Assembly (NCBI GenBank): GCA_013115145.1
Contig: JAAPAO010000040.1
Span: 1 to 64,000 of the forward strand
Reading direction: 5' to 3'
Origin: Perkinsus chesapeaki ATCC PRA-425
Lineage: Eukaryota; Protista; Perkinsozoa
Length of the DNA stretch: 64,000 nt
Under the pieces are notes generated by a model. It saw only the letters and a program-made list of their open reading frames with translations. It was not told the DNA's origin and did no database searches. Every line of letters starts with the position of its first letter. The first letter of the stretch is position 1. A program made the translations under genes and the position numbers. Positions 36,994 through 48,599 of the stretch are shown here, piece by piece.

Positions 36994-37493
36994 ATTGTTT
37001 GTTTTCATGGATTATTTGAGTAGTGCCCGGTAAACCGAGTGGCTTCACTCGAGGGCCAATTTGAGCAATTGCAGATGCTCAGTTTCAAGACGTGAATTTC
37101 AGCTCTATTGTGTTGGAAATAGTGTCAATTCGATGGTAGAACGCTAAACCCACAAAGAGAACAATATTGCCAGGAATAGACTAGTCGATGCTCTCTGCAA
37201 TGAGTGTCAAGTCAATTGGCTCTGCTACACAATTGGGCGCGTCCCTTCACTTACGAACACTATGCCAAAGAGGAGCCTTCTCATGCCAATTCTAGATGGA
37301 TATATGCCCGAGCGGTATAATCCCAACGACGATTTAGGTTTACTTCCAATCTCGGATCACTCAACAGCATTGAAATCTTTTCACTTTGTATTCATATCTA
37401 GCTAAGCTTAGCCTGACACGCTAGACGCTAGAGTCTCCATTGCTCAATCGGATTACTCAAACCAAAGTTCTTTGTTCAATCGTTTATTCAATC

Positions 37494-38453
37494 ATGTCAT
37501 CATTCAAGGTCGCTCTTCTCGGTGCTTGCGGTGGTATTGGGCAGCCTCTCTCTCTTTTGTTAAAGCTCAACCAGAAGATCACTGATTTGGCTCTTTACGA
37601 TATCAAGCAGGCCCGTACCCCTTGCGCCGGTGTTGCTGAGGATTTGAGTCACATCAACACCCCTGCTGAGGTTAAGGGTTACGCCGGTGAGGAGGAGCTC
37701 GAGGCTTGCCTTACTGGTAGCAAGCTTATCGTCATGACTGCTGGTGTTCCTCGTAAGCCAGGCATGACCAGAGATGATCTTTTCGCGATCAACGCTGGTA
37801 TCGCCCGCGATCTCGCCAAGGCTTGCGCCAAGTACGCCCCGGAAGCTATCTTCTGCATTGTCACCAACCCCGTTAACTCCATTGTCCCAGTCTGTGCTGA
37901 GATGTACAAGAAGGCCGGTGTCTTCAACCCCAACAAGGTTCTTGGTGTCTCTCTTTTGGATACCATCAGAGCTGAGACTTTCGTCGCCAAGCAGATGAAG
38001 ACTGACGTTAACAAGGTTACCGTCCCTGTTATTGGCGGTCATGCCGGTGTGACTATCATGCCCTGGTTCTCTCACGCCACCCCCAAGGTTGACTTCGATG
38101 AGGCCACTCTTACTTCTTTGGATAACCATGTCCAGAACGCCGGTACCGATGTTGTGAACGCCAAGGCTGGTGCTGGATCTGCCACTCTCGCCATGGCTTA
38201 CGCCGCCGCCCAGTTCGTTGAGGTTGTCATTCGCGGCATGCACGGTGAGCAAGCTAGTGCTTCCACCTACTTCAACCATCCTTATGAGGATGTGCAGTTC
38301 TTCTCCTACTTGTGCGACTTCGGACCCGAGGGCGTCTCCAAGGTACATCCTATTGAGGGTCTTAGTGAGCACGAAGCCGGCAGACTTCAGGAGGTCATGA
38401 CCAAGCTGAAGGTTGATATCCAGAGGGGTATTGACTTCGCCAACAAGCAGTAA
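37494..38453 (+). CDS. MDH: Malate dehydrogenase, copy 2
   Basis: Intronless 319 aa from ATG 37494 (MSSFKVALLG); same catalytic motifs as copy 1. Confidence 0.97.
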   Translation: MSSFKVALLGACGGIGQPLSLLLKLNQKITDLALYDIKQARTPCAGVAEDLSHINTPAEVKGYAGEEELEACLTGSKLIVMTAGVPRKPGMTRDDLFAINAGIARDLAKACAKYAPEAIFCIVTNPVNSIVPVCAEMYKKAGVFNPNKVLGVSLLDTIRAETFVAKQMKTDVNKVTVPVIGGHAGVTIMPWFSHATPKVDFDEATLTSLDNHVQNAGTDVVNAKAGAGSATLAMAYAAAQFVEVVIRGMHGEQASASTYFNHPYEDVQFFSYLCDFGPEGVSKVHPIEGLSEHEAGRLQEVMTKLKVDIQRGIDFANKQ

Positions 38454-39228
38454 AAGTTGATATCATCATGAACGTTTACAATGGAGCTTCGTTCAACTCC
38501 TGCTATCTATTCACGCTATCCAACTTCCATTTTCTCAACTTTTTTGAGTGTCCCTGTACAAGGGTACCAGAGCATATCTCTGTGTTATATGTAATGTGGT
38601 TTCTTGTTGGTAAATTTATGCAGGGTCTACAGCGTCTGTCTATATTAATACGGGCCAAACCATGGCATGCCAGTTTGAGTCGCATTGTAGAGGTAGAAAA
38701 GAGCCAGACTTGAACATTCGACTCACTTCGCTTTGGTACAACGGAAACTTCACTCCTTAGACTGTGAGTGTTAATGAACAGAAGTTCTCTTTCCGAAGGA
38801 AGCGCACCTTTGGTCTACGACGGATTCGAACGATAATATCACCTAGACGATGTGAACCGTACGGCAACGTACATCATCATACGGAACCCGAATGTTCCCG
38901 GAAGCTCTCGAAAATACGCCGGGTGTTGATCGGGGAATGAGTCTCGAAAGTGGCCTACTGTTACGGGATCGAGAACGTCGTCACAGTAGTTCGCCAAGTC
39001 CCAATTAATCCGATGGACTCGAGGTAAAATCCTACGTATGAGTGATTATGCATTCGTGTACAATGCCACCGATATTATATCGGCGTTATAAGGCCAAGGC
39101 TTGAGAGACAAGTCACAAAAATTGTCTACCTACACAAGATACGACATCGCTAAGCTGAGGTGTGCGGCACCTTCCCGCGCAGCTCTGTTTCATACATCTA
39201 CTTAATAGTACTTGTTCATCAAGCTATC

Positions 39229-40188
39229 ATGTCTTCTTTCAAGGTCGCTCTTCTCGGTGCTTGCGGTGGTATCGGACAGCCTCTCGCTCTTCTGTTGAAG
39301 CTCAACCAGAAGATCACTGATTTGGCTCTTTACGATATCAAGCAGGCCCGTACCCCTTGCGCCGGTGTTGCTGAGGATTTGAGCCACATCAACACCCCTG
39401 CTGAGGTTAAGGGTTACGCCGGTGAGGAGGAGCTCGAGGCTTGCCTTACTGGTAGCAAGCTTATCGTCATGACTGCTGGTGTTCCTCGTAAGCCAGGCAT
39501 GACCAGAGATGATCTCTTCTCGATCAACGCTGGTATCGCCCGCGATCTCGCCAAGGCTTGCGCCAAGTACGCCCCGGAAGCTATCTTCTGCATTGTCACC
39601 AACCCCGTTAACTCCATCGTCCCCGCCTGCGCCGAGGTTTACAAGAAGGCCGGTGTCTTCAACCCCAACAAGGTTCTTGGTGTCTCTCTTTTGGATACCA
39701 TCAGAGCTGAGACTTTCGTCGCCAAGCAGATGAAGACTGACGTTAACAAGGTTACCGTCCCTGTTATTGGCGGTCATGCCGGTGTGACTATCATGCCCTG
39801 GTTCTCTCACGCCACCCCCAAGGTTGACTTCGATGAGGCTACTCTTACTTCTTTGGATAACCATGTCCAGAACGCCGGTACCGATGTTGTGAACGCCAAG
39901 GCTGGTGCTGGATCTGCCACTCTCGCCATGGCTTACGCCGCCTCCCAGTTCGTTGAGGTTGTCATTCGCGGCATGCACGGTGAGCAAGCTAGTGCTTCCA
40001 CCTACTTCAACCATCCTTATGAGGATGTGCCGTTCTTCGCCTACTTGTGCGACTTCGGACCCGAGGGCGTCTCCAAGGTACATCCTCTCGAGGGTCTCAG
40101 TGAGCATGAAGCCGGCAGACTTCAGGAGGTCATGACCAAGCTGAAGGTTGATATCCAGAGGGGTATTGACTTCGCCAACAAGCAGTAG
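39229..40188 (+). CDS. MDH: Malate dehydrogenase, copy 3
   Basis: Intronless 319 aa from ATG 39229; same motifs; private substitutions (FSIN, VPACAEVY, AASQF, VPFFAY, HPLEG). Confidence 0.97.
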   Translation: MSSFKVALLGACGGIGQPLALLLKLNQKITDLALYDIKQARTPCAGVAEDLSHINTPAEVKGYAGEEELEACLTGSKLIVMTAGVPRKPGMTRDDLFSINAGIARDLAKACAKYAPEAIFCIVTNPVNSIVPACAEVYKKAGVFNPNKVLGVSLLDTIRAETFVAKQMKTDVNKVTVPVIGGHAGVTIMPWFSHATPKVDFDEATLTSLDNHVQNAGTDVVNAKAGAGSATLAMAYAASQFVEVVIRGMHGEQASASTYFNHPYEDVPFFAYLCDFGPEGVSKVHPLEGLSEHEAGRLQEVMTKLKVDIQRGIDFANKQ

Positions 40189-40440
40189 AGTTCAACTACT
40201 AGAAGACGGAGTTCGCTGACTTGAGGGCTCTTTCTTTTGCTTCTATAACTTTTTTGCTATTCACTTAATCCTTGCTTCTAGTGTGGGAATTATTCTCCTC
40301 GAGATTTCATAAGATGTTGAGTTTTGAGAAAAACAGGTTGTCACATCCTGGATGGTGGGTATCTGCTTAGCTATCGGGGCTGATACTCTAGGAATGAATA
40401 CAAAATGTGTCGACAGAGTACGCTTGGAACCGGGGTTCGA

Positions 40441-40642
40441 AAGTTCAAGTGACCTCGTTAGGTTTAAGTGGCGGAGGACGCTCGAAACCGTAGTTATGTT
40501 AAGTTCAAGTGACCTCGTTAGGTTTGAGTGGCGGAGGACGCTCGAAACCGTAGTTATGTTAAGTTCAAGTGACCTCGTTAGGTTCGAGTGGCGGAGGACG
40601 CTCGAAACCGTAGTCATGTGAGGTTAAAGTAACCTCTTCAGG
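40441..40642. repeat. 60-bp tandem repeat, 3 near-perfect copies plus a degenerate partial fourth
   Basis: AAGTTCAAGTGACCTCGTTAGGTT(T/C)(A/G)AGTGGCGGAGGACGCTCGAAACCGTAGTTATGTT at 40441, 40501 and 40561; 40621-40642 matches the unit start loosely. Confidence 0.95.
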
Positions 40643-41072
40643 ATTCCGTAACCTACAGTTAGCTTAGAAGTACTCCATCGCCAACTTTGTACCTTACTAA
40701 AAGTTATTACAACATGATGTCTAATCCAACTGTAACTTTCATTAACACTTCCTGGAGAAATCCGACGGTCGAATAGTATGGCACCAGAACTTTGACCGTA
40801 GAGTTATTGGTGGAATCTTTACAATACAGTCTTTAGTACTGGTGAGCTTGGTTTTGATAGGGCTGCCAACTCCTTTCACAGCTCCGTTGTGCCGGGATGT
40901 CTGTTTTGTCACAGACGAATCTTCAGAGAAGATCCATATAGCTTAGCTAGTGGCTAGTTAATCGAGGATAGTATACTCTCCACCAGCTAAATGGGAATGA
41001 TTTGGCAACACGTATTTCGAGACAAGAAATAATCTTTCACGTGTTTTATAGTTTATTTCCTATTATTCAATC

Positions 41073-42032
41073 ATGTCATCATTCAAGGTCGCTCTTCTCG
41101 GTGCTTGCGGTGGTATCGGACAGCCTCTCGCTCTTCTCTTGAAGCTCAACCAGAAGATCACTGATTTGGCTCTTTACGATATCAAGCAGGCCCGTACCCC
41201 TTGCGCCGGTGTTGCTGAGGATTTGAGTCACATCAACACCCCTGCTGAGATTAAGGGTTACGCCGGTGAGGAGGAGCTCGAGGCTTGCCTTACTGGTAGC
41301 AAGCTTATTGTCATGACTGCTGGTGTTCCTCGTAAGCCAGGCATGACCAGAGATGATCTTTTCGCGATCAACGCTGGTATCGCCCGCGATCTCGCCAAGG
41401 CTTGCGCCAAGTACGCCCCGGAAGCTATCTTCTGCATTGTCACCAACCCCGTTAACTCCATTGTCCCAGTCTGTGCTGAGATGTACAAGAAGGCCGGTGT
41501 CTTCAACCCCAACAAGGTTCTTGGTGTCTCTCTTTTGGATACCATCAGAGCCGAGACTTTCGTCGCCAAGCAGATGAAGACTGACGTTAACAAGGTTACC
41601 GTCCCTGTTATTGGCGGTCATGCCGGTGTGACTATCATGCCCTGGTTCTCTCACGCCACCCCCAAGGTTGACTTCGATGAGGCCACTCTTACTTCTTTGG
41701 ATAACCATGTCCAGAACGCCGGTACCGATGTTGTGAACGCCAAGGCTGGTGCTGGATCTGCCACTCTCGCCATGGCTTACGCCGCCGCCCAGTTCGTTGA
41801 GGTTGTCATTCGCGGCATGCACGGTGAGCAAGCTAGTGCTTCCACCTACTTCAACCATCCTTATGAGGATGTGCAGTTCTTCTCCTACTTGTGCGACTTC
41901 GGACCCGAGGGCGTCTCTAAGGTACATCCTATTGAGGGTCTTAGTGAGCACGAAGCCGGCAGACTTCAGGAGGTCATGACCAAGCTGAAGGTCGACATCC
42001 AGAGGGGTATTGACTTCGCCAACAAGCAGTAA
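41073..42032 (+). CDS. MDH: Malate dehydrogenase, copy 4
   Basis: Intronless 319 aa; nearly identical to copy 2 over most of its length. Confidence 0.97.
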   Translation: MSSFKVALLGACGGIGQPLALLLKLNQKITDLALYDIKQARTPCAGVAEDLSHINTPAEIKGYAGEEELEACLTGSKLIVMTAGVPRKPGMTRDDLFAINAGIARDLAKACAKYAPEAIFCIVTNPVNSIVPVCAEMYKKAGVFNPNKVLGVSLLDTIRAETFVAKQMKTDVNKVTVPVIGGHAGVTIMPWFSHATPKVDFDEATLTSLDNHVQNAGTDVVNAKAGAGSATLAMAYAAAQFVEVVIRGMHGEQASASTYFNHPYEDVQFFSYLCDFGPEGVSKVHPIEGLSEHEAGRLQEVMTKLKVDIQRGIDFANKQ

Positions 42033-42181
42033 AAGTTGATATCATCATGAACGTTTACAATGGAGCTTCGTTCAACTCCTGCTATCTATTCACGCTATCC
42101 AACTTCCATTTTCTCAACTTTTTTGAGTGTCCCTGTACAAGGGTACCAGAGCATATCTCTGTGTTATATGTAATGTGGTTT
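42033..42181. repeat. Duplicated MDH 3' flank, identical to 38454-38602
   Basis: About 149 bp starting AAGTTGATATCATCATGAACG follows the stops of both copy 2 and copy 4 (offset 3579 bp) and diverges after ATGTGGTTT. Confidence 0.93.
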
Positions 42182-42405
42182 AGTTAGTTAATGATTGCGT
42201 ATAACGGTCACGTTTGTTCGTCTGTCATCGAACACAGCAGTAATTAATCTAAGAAGAGTTCGTCCTAATTAAATTCACTATCGCCCTTCTTTCCCTTGAC
42301 AATTATCGCACGGGGAATAGGTACTGTGATGTTGTCGTTTGTAGTACCACCGAACTTTCACACAACATTGTTATCATTAACGACATTTGAGCTATGTTTG
42401 CATAG

Positions 42406-45400
42406 TCATGGTTGGTACAGGCTGAGAGCAGTTACACTTAGGCGGAGGTCATCGTCGGGCATCAAGCAGTAGTTGCGTATAACGAGAGCTGGCGTCCTGA
42501 AGATGACGGTTTGCTGACCATCAGGGGGGGCACCAGCAATTACTTTGATCCAATCATGAACGTTCTTTTTTATCGATCCTTCAGATCGGCTGACCTTTTC
42601 TCGTGCATCAGCCAGCATGGCTTCTACTCCATTCTGGTGAGCTCTGACAGTATTATCGTCCTCGACAGCTAGCATAGTGCTGCAGGGCTGCCTACATTTG
42701 ATCCTGATCCATCTTAACACTGAGCGTCTCCAGCTCATAGAGTCTCCTTCTCAATTCTGCCGAAACTGTCTTCGACGTGGCTCTGTGTGTCTCTATAGCT
42801 TGTAGTATCTTAATTACTCCAATAACTCCTCAGCATTAGCTCTCCCACTTACAGCGTTTGCCCGGGTGCTGACACTCTTGGCCATATCAGTTTCCTGGAA
42901 CCTAAAGTTGTAGACTAATATGCGCCAAGGACAAGTATGCCTACGAAGCATGGGAGAGCTGTTCGGATGACAATCTTGCCGCATCAGTCATTTCGTTGCG
43001 AATCTCATTAAGTGTATCTTTGGTTTCATTTATGAACCTAAATGTGAAATTCTTGGGCTCAATGACAGCAAGGACAGTCCCACCCTTCCGTGAGCACGAC
43101 AAAAGTGTCGATAACATCTTCAACGCGGCCCATCCTATCTAAGTTAGCCCCGCGCGTTCGTGCAATCTGTTCGTGCATTGCCTCATTCGAGGCGCTGAAA
43201 GATCCAGTAGTAGATGTATACTCGTCATCAGTCTTACTGTGCTACGTGGGCCAGCGCCCTCAGCTCGTTGCCGCTGATGTAGCCGAACATGGCCACCGTC
43301 CCAGCGGCCGAGCGGAGATCACGCTCGTTCTCTCTCAGACCGGACTCGTCGTTTCCTGACAAATAATGGATACAGTATCAGTTTCCTGCTGCCATCTACG
43401 TCGACTTACTGGCCTGTCGTTCAGCTAGGACAGCTGTATCGTACACCTCATGGTCGAGACTCCCTAAAAAGCAAGCCAGTCATCACATAGCAGAGAACAA
43501 ACAATCTCACCAGATTTCCGGGCCGTAGTGCTGACCGTTCCCCTGAGGTTTCGGCCAACTTCATCTTGCTCCTTCTCACGTAATTGCCGCGACGCCTAAA
43601 GGCACAACACCACCGTGTTCACTCCATTGACACTCGCTGCCTCACCTCGATGTCTTTACCAATGCTATTTCGCAGGCTGTTAAGGTAGTCATCAGTTTTG
43701 CCGGTTAAGTTGCCCAGGTCATGCTCCACTGTTCGGCCACCAACAACCTCGCTGTTCTGCACTGACCTACACGGCACTCTCTGACCGTACTGTAGCTGAT
43801 AGGTTACCCAGTGGCCTCTAGAAGGTGCTCAAGAATGTCTACTAGCCCTGTGATTTGACGCTCATTCTTCTCTATCGCCTATAAACAAGAACGTATCATG
43901 AAATCGCCCTCCCAGTGAGCTCACCTCATCGCTCTTGGCCTCTGTATTTTTCTCTTGCTTTTGTTGAGCCTGTACCAGCTTAATCAGTTGCATGATCAAA
44001 AAAGTGTGCTGAAAGGGAAGCAAGCCATATGACACATTAACAATCAACAAATAGACTACAATGCACATCACCACCATGCATTCAGTTTACCTGTTTGATC
44101 TGCCGTTCCCTTTCAGCATCCTCATCGATATGCATCGCCTTCCTAAACTGCTCTACTATCCTCTCCAACACCTCTTGCAGGTATAAGTAATGATGTTTGA
44201 CACCCATAGCGTCCCGTACCTACACAACATCACGTACCATAAATACATTGCCCCACCCTACCACTGCGGCCGTGATGTTCCTGAGGCCCTGTTGTAAGCG
44301 CTCCTGCGCTTCCTTAACATCTCGACCTCTCTCATTCACAACGTGTGTTAGCAAAATATGGAGCTTCTTCACCTCCTCAGCATCGCCTCCGAAGGTCCCT
44401 ATTCCAACCCATCACTCTTTCCAATCAGCAACTTGCCCCCCTTCCCGCCTTACTCAGAAACTTTTCTCCGAGCGACATTATGTTCTTCTTATGAGCCTCG
44501 GACTCCTTCGATAATCTAGACTGCCCAGCCATAAGACTGGCGTCTAACACTGCATCGCCTGTTGATAGCTTGTGTTGTATCTCGCTCAATGTCGTGTACT
44601 GAAAAATACTAGCTGCTATTAGAAGAAGATGATAATAATATACAATTGATACTTCACACTAGTAAATGGTAAATAAAATACAGAGTATTAGTAGTATTAT
44701 TATATCAACCCTCTTGTACTGTCTAACATTTTCATCATGAATGATGTGCCCCTAGCCACGCGAACGACCTATACCCCAGCTTACAATTTTCTCAGCTGAT
44801 GCTCCCTCCATATCTGTACGGTCCACCAATGCCCTTGTTTCAGTATTAATGTAATGTCTCATTTCATCGGTAAGATAACGGCTCCATTTAGTGGACTGGT
44901 CAGCAAGATCCAAGAGATACCTTCACCACAAAACCACTAAATAGTCGCCAATACCACACCAGACAATTCCTTACCTTGAGTTTGAGGCGTCCACATGCTG
45001 CAAGAGGCTCCCCATAGTCTGCTTCAGCTTACTCTCAGATATCTCCATTCCCGCACGATTTCCTTGGATTTCGGCGCCTAGGAAAGATACCCCATAATTG
45101 AGCGAACAGCGAAAACTAAAGCCGAAATGGCGCTGTTTAAAGCTGTACTACCAAGACGTCTTAAATCATTGTCCGATGCTCCCATCAACGCCCTTGTGTC
45201 TGCCACACCAGCCTGTATCCCTCTTACTCCCTCCACAAAGGCTCTAAGCATATCCGGTATCTTAGCCTAAAAACGGTACCACTAATACTACTATGGTTAT
45301 TATTCTCACTGAAGTGTTGCCTTGCAGCTCTTTAATTATACGCTCAGTAAAGGCATTAACATCTTTTCTAGATCCATCAAACATGACAGTGGATCTGCCA

Positions 45401-48400
45401 ACGCCGCTATATTGTTCAAATCAGCACATGTGGCTGGAATACTACCGTGCCCATTCACTTTTCAGATCAGCCTCAGTATGAGCTGACGCTTGAGTTAACA
45501 GCGTCGACAATGCCCTGATTTGAATCAATTACCACGCGCCCCATAATTATGTACCTACCCCAATTCAGCATCTCCCCTCCCAGCCAGGGACATTAAAGTC
45601 TTCTTAAGATTGTCCATCCCTGTTGTCTCACTGGACATGGCTGAGTCCACACCTCGTATTGCAGCGGCAAGCTGCCTTAGACCCTTGAGGGAACTCTCCG
45701 AAGAGCCTCCTATGAGGGCCAACAGCTCCGAATGAGCCCGATCATCCTCCTTCAGCCCGCCAAGCAGCTGACTGAGAACTGCAGACTTCTCAGTGGAAAG
45801 CTGGTCCTAAAAACCACCAACACTAGCCGGGCATAAGTGTAACTGTACTGCGGAAATGCCTAGGATAAATGGGAAGATGAGCCGCAACTCATCAAACACA
45901 TGAGTATGCTGTATACCAGTTATCAACGGTTAATATGCAGAATTAGAGTGTCGTAATACCAATGGACGATTTGGTACAGATACAGAGGTACTGTTCACTA
46001 CATCCATAAAGGGCACTTGGTGTAGGAAATTCAAAATGATGAAAAATAGATCACCCCAACCATTGATGTAGACGACGTTTACCGATGCGATGCCACAGTT
46101 GACTAAGCTACTACCTCGACCCTAGCACCCTGCTTACCATAATAGTCCTTAATGTATCTTTACCTCTCTCTATTAGTTCCTCCTTTGTCTTTACAGTCTC
46201 TTTACCAATACCATTCAGCCGCCCCGTTACACCACTACTCATCCCCTTTAATGATCCCTTCTCCCTATACACACTGTCCTTCAATTCCCTTATTACTGTG
46301 TCCTCCGAATCATGAAGCACCTTACCAGCCCCATACACCTGTGGGCTTAGATTCACTTCAAGCTCTCGAATGAAGTGCTGTAGTTTTGTGGTGTCCCCAA
46401 CCATAGCATCCTCCAGCGCCCGAGCTCCATCCTTGCTCTTCAGAATGACCGATGCCAAGTCCCCCTCAATCGTATTGGCCTCTGCGTGCGTTTCCCCCTC
46501 CAACGTCTGAGCCAGCATTACCAACACTTTCTCGGCGCTGCTCGAGTCCTGGCCCAGGGCCTGCCGTATCTTGGCCAAGGCGTCGGTATCACCAGCACTC
46601 ATCCGTTTGGTTAGCTCCTGTTGGTATGCTATATCCTTTTCGAGCTCAACCGTGATCTGGTTCTGAGCCAGTACAGCTCGGGCGTCCTCTCTAGATAGAT
46701 GGCCAACTCCACGGTCCATTTTATCGAATAGATCGCTCAGAGCCCTGTCGGTGAGTTTTCCTAGGCCCTGCACACCTATACCAACCGCTGCTAGCTCCCC
46801 AGTCAAGTTGGTTTGGGCATCTCTTGTAAGCGATACAAAGAACTAACAAGATCGGAGCACTACTTTCGTATGGAGCATTAATCCTTACCTTGCTAGACTG
46901 TGACAGCATTCCCCTCATTTGCCTTGCCACCTGTTCCACTCTCATGTTAGCTTCCCGCTGGGCCACCTTTATCTTCTGGTCCAACAGTGCTCGATGCCTC
47001 TCGGTCAGCTGCCCCAGACTCTCGACCATTTCCCTACACACCTCCACAGTCATCAATCCTCATCCCACACACACTCCTTACAGGTTGAATGCCCTAAGCC
47101 TGGCCCCTCCCTTGGCCAGCAGCTTCTTAACATCATCACCAGCATCATCCAGCCCCCTCACCAGACCAGCTGTTTCCTTCCCCGCCTAAGCCCGCTCTTG
47201 TCCACTTCCCTATATGGCCCTCTATTACCATTGCATCAGCCTTTGCTATCTTCCTATCAACTCCACCTACTTCACTCATCGAACTCCTCTGTCCGGCAGC
47301 CACCGCGCCAGTAGCAGCCTAAGTAACAGGATCGCCAAGGCGAATCACCTGGTTAAGGAGCCCACCTTAACCCTTGTGTCCATATCATCATTAAGAGAGT
47401 AACTATTAACAAGCATCTGGTTGCCAAGTCCCTTCAACATTGCATTAACCGAGCCATGCAGCTGAAAGAGCGCACTATGCTCCTCCTCAGCAGCAGCAGC
47501 CCCAATGAGACTAGCTATTACAGATCCGATGCTCTCATTATATTTGCTTTTCGACATCCGCACTTCCTTTGCACCATTCTTCTGCAAATCTGCTAGAGTA
47601 ATGAACAGCTTCGACATGGTAGTGTCCTGAACCACCACCGAAGGTAGAAGTATTAATAGCAGCTGCTGCTGCTGCTCACCAGTAGTTTGCCGATAGTCAC
47701 CCCTGCAGGTTTAATCTCGTTGACTCTACCAATAAGGCCAATGTCCGCTCCTCCTCTTCCCTCAATAACATCCTCAACATCATACCTAATTAACCCTACT
47801 ATCAACTCCCCAGCCCACAGCCCTTTCCTTCCCCTACAGTAGCTGCTGTAGGACTCTGAGCTTATCCCTGGTGTCCTGTATTCTAATAAAACCTCTATCC
47901 GCCACCTGAAGCACGCTTAACCAGAACACCACCACTAAAACACGTTCCTACTGGCCGCAGGAATTCGTCCAATCTCTTTGAAAATCTTTGAATGAGCTCA
48001 AACTTGGCATGCATGCAATCATCGTTGCATCCGTCACCTGCCATCAAACCGCCACCTAACCCAATAACCCCATCTACGCCCAGTATTACCAGGCTCAAGA
48101 TTCCTGATCGACACAGGATCCGTCATATTTTCCTGTATAATAGTCTGCACCCCCTGCTCGTCTACTTGGGCGCCAAATGGGTCCAGTGCTGAAAATGCCT
48201 TGGGCACAATAACCTCCTCCCCTTCCTGCCCCCCTTCGATAATACCACCGCCAGCAACAGCAGGAGCAGCAGCAGGAGCCTCGGTGGGGGTCGCGGAGGC
48301 AGGGGCAGCCTGAACCGCGGCACCGCCGTCGTCATTGTCATCATCGCCACCGCCAGGCGTAATAGTTGATTTGACTTTTCCGAGGCCAGTAGAGTCTGAT

Positions 48401-48480
48401 TCATCCTGAGCCTCAACACTTATTAGTATTAGTAGCACCAAAAGATGGACAAGCCACCGCCTTATCTTTAATGATGTCAA
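42406..48480 (-). CDS. Large secreted alpha-helical/coiled-coil hypothetical protein
   Basis: Signal peptide MTSLKIRRWLVHLLVLLILISVEA, Ala/Pro/Gly linker, then many GT-AG-joined helical exons (e.g. 46111-46806, 47345-47638, 42406-42738). No family recognised. Confidence 0.6.
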
Positions 48481-48599
48481 TTTGAAATCAGTAATGGCTG
48501 TCCATCGACAAACATTATCATCGCCGTCCCGTCGGATAACAGCACGACATGAAGCCTAGGTTTTGGAAACATCTAATGATAGCTCCGCCGAACACGGCG

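Noticed and set aside
37437-37447. Relict spliced leader CCATTGCTCAA upstream of MDH copy 2
   Set aside because: Short gapped match, not ending in AAG and absent before the other copies; expected by chance.
40441-40620. CRISPR-like array
   Set aside because: Units are contiguous with no unique spacers, no cas genes are present, and the context is eukaryotic.
35965-41951. Long antisense ORFs (270-347 aa) over the MDH genes; similar ones over PLB and the nucleolin-like gene
   Set aside because: Explained by strong codon bias (avoidance of TTA/CTA/TCA in the sense frame); they simply mirror the real genes.
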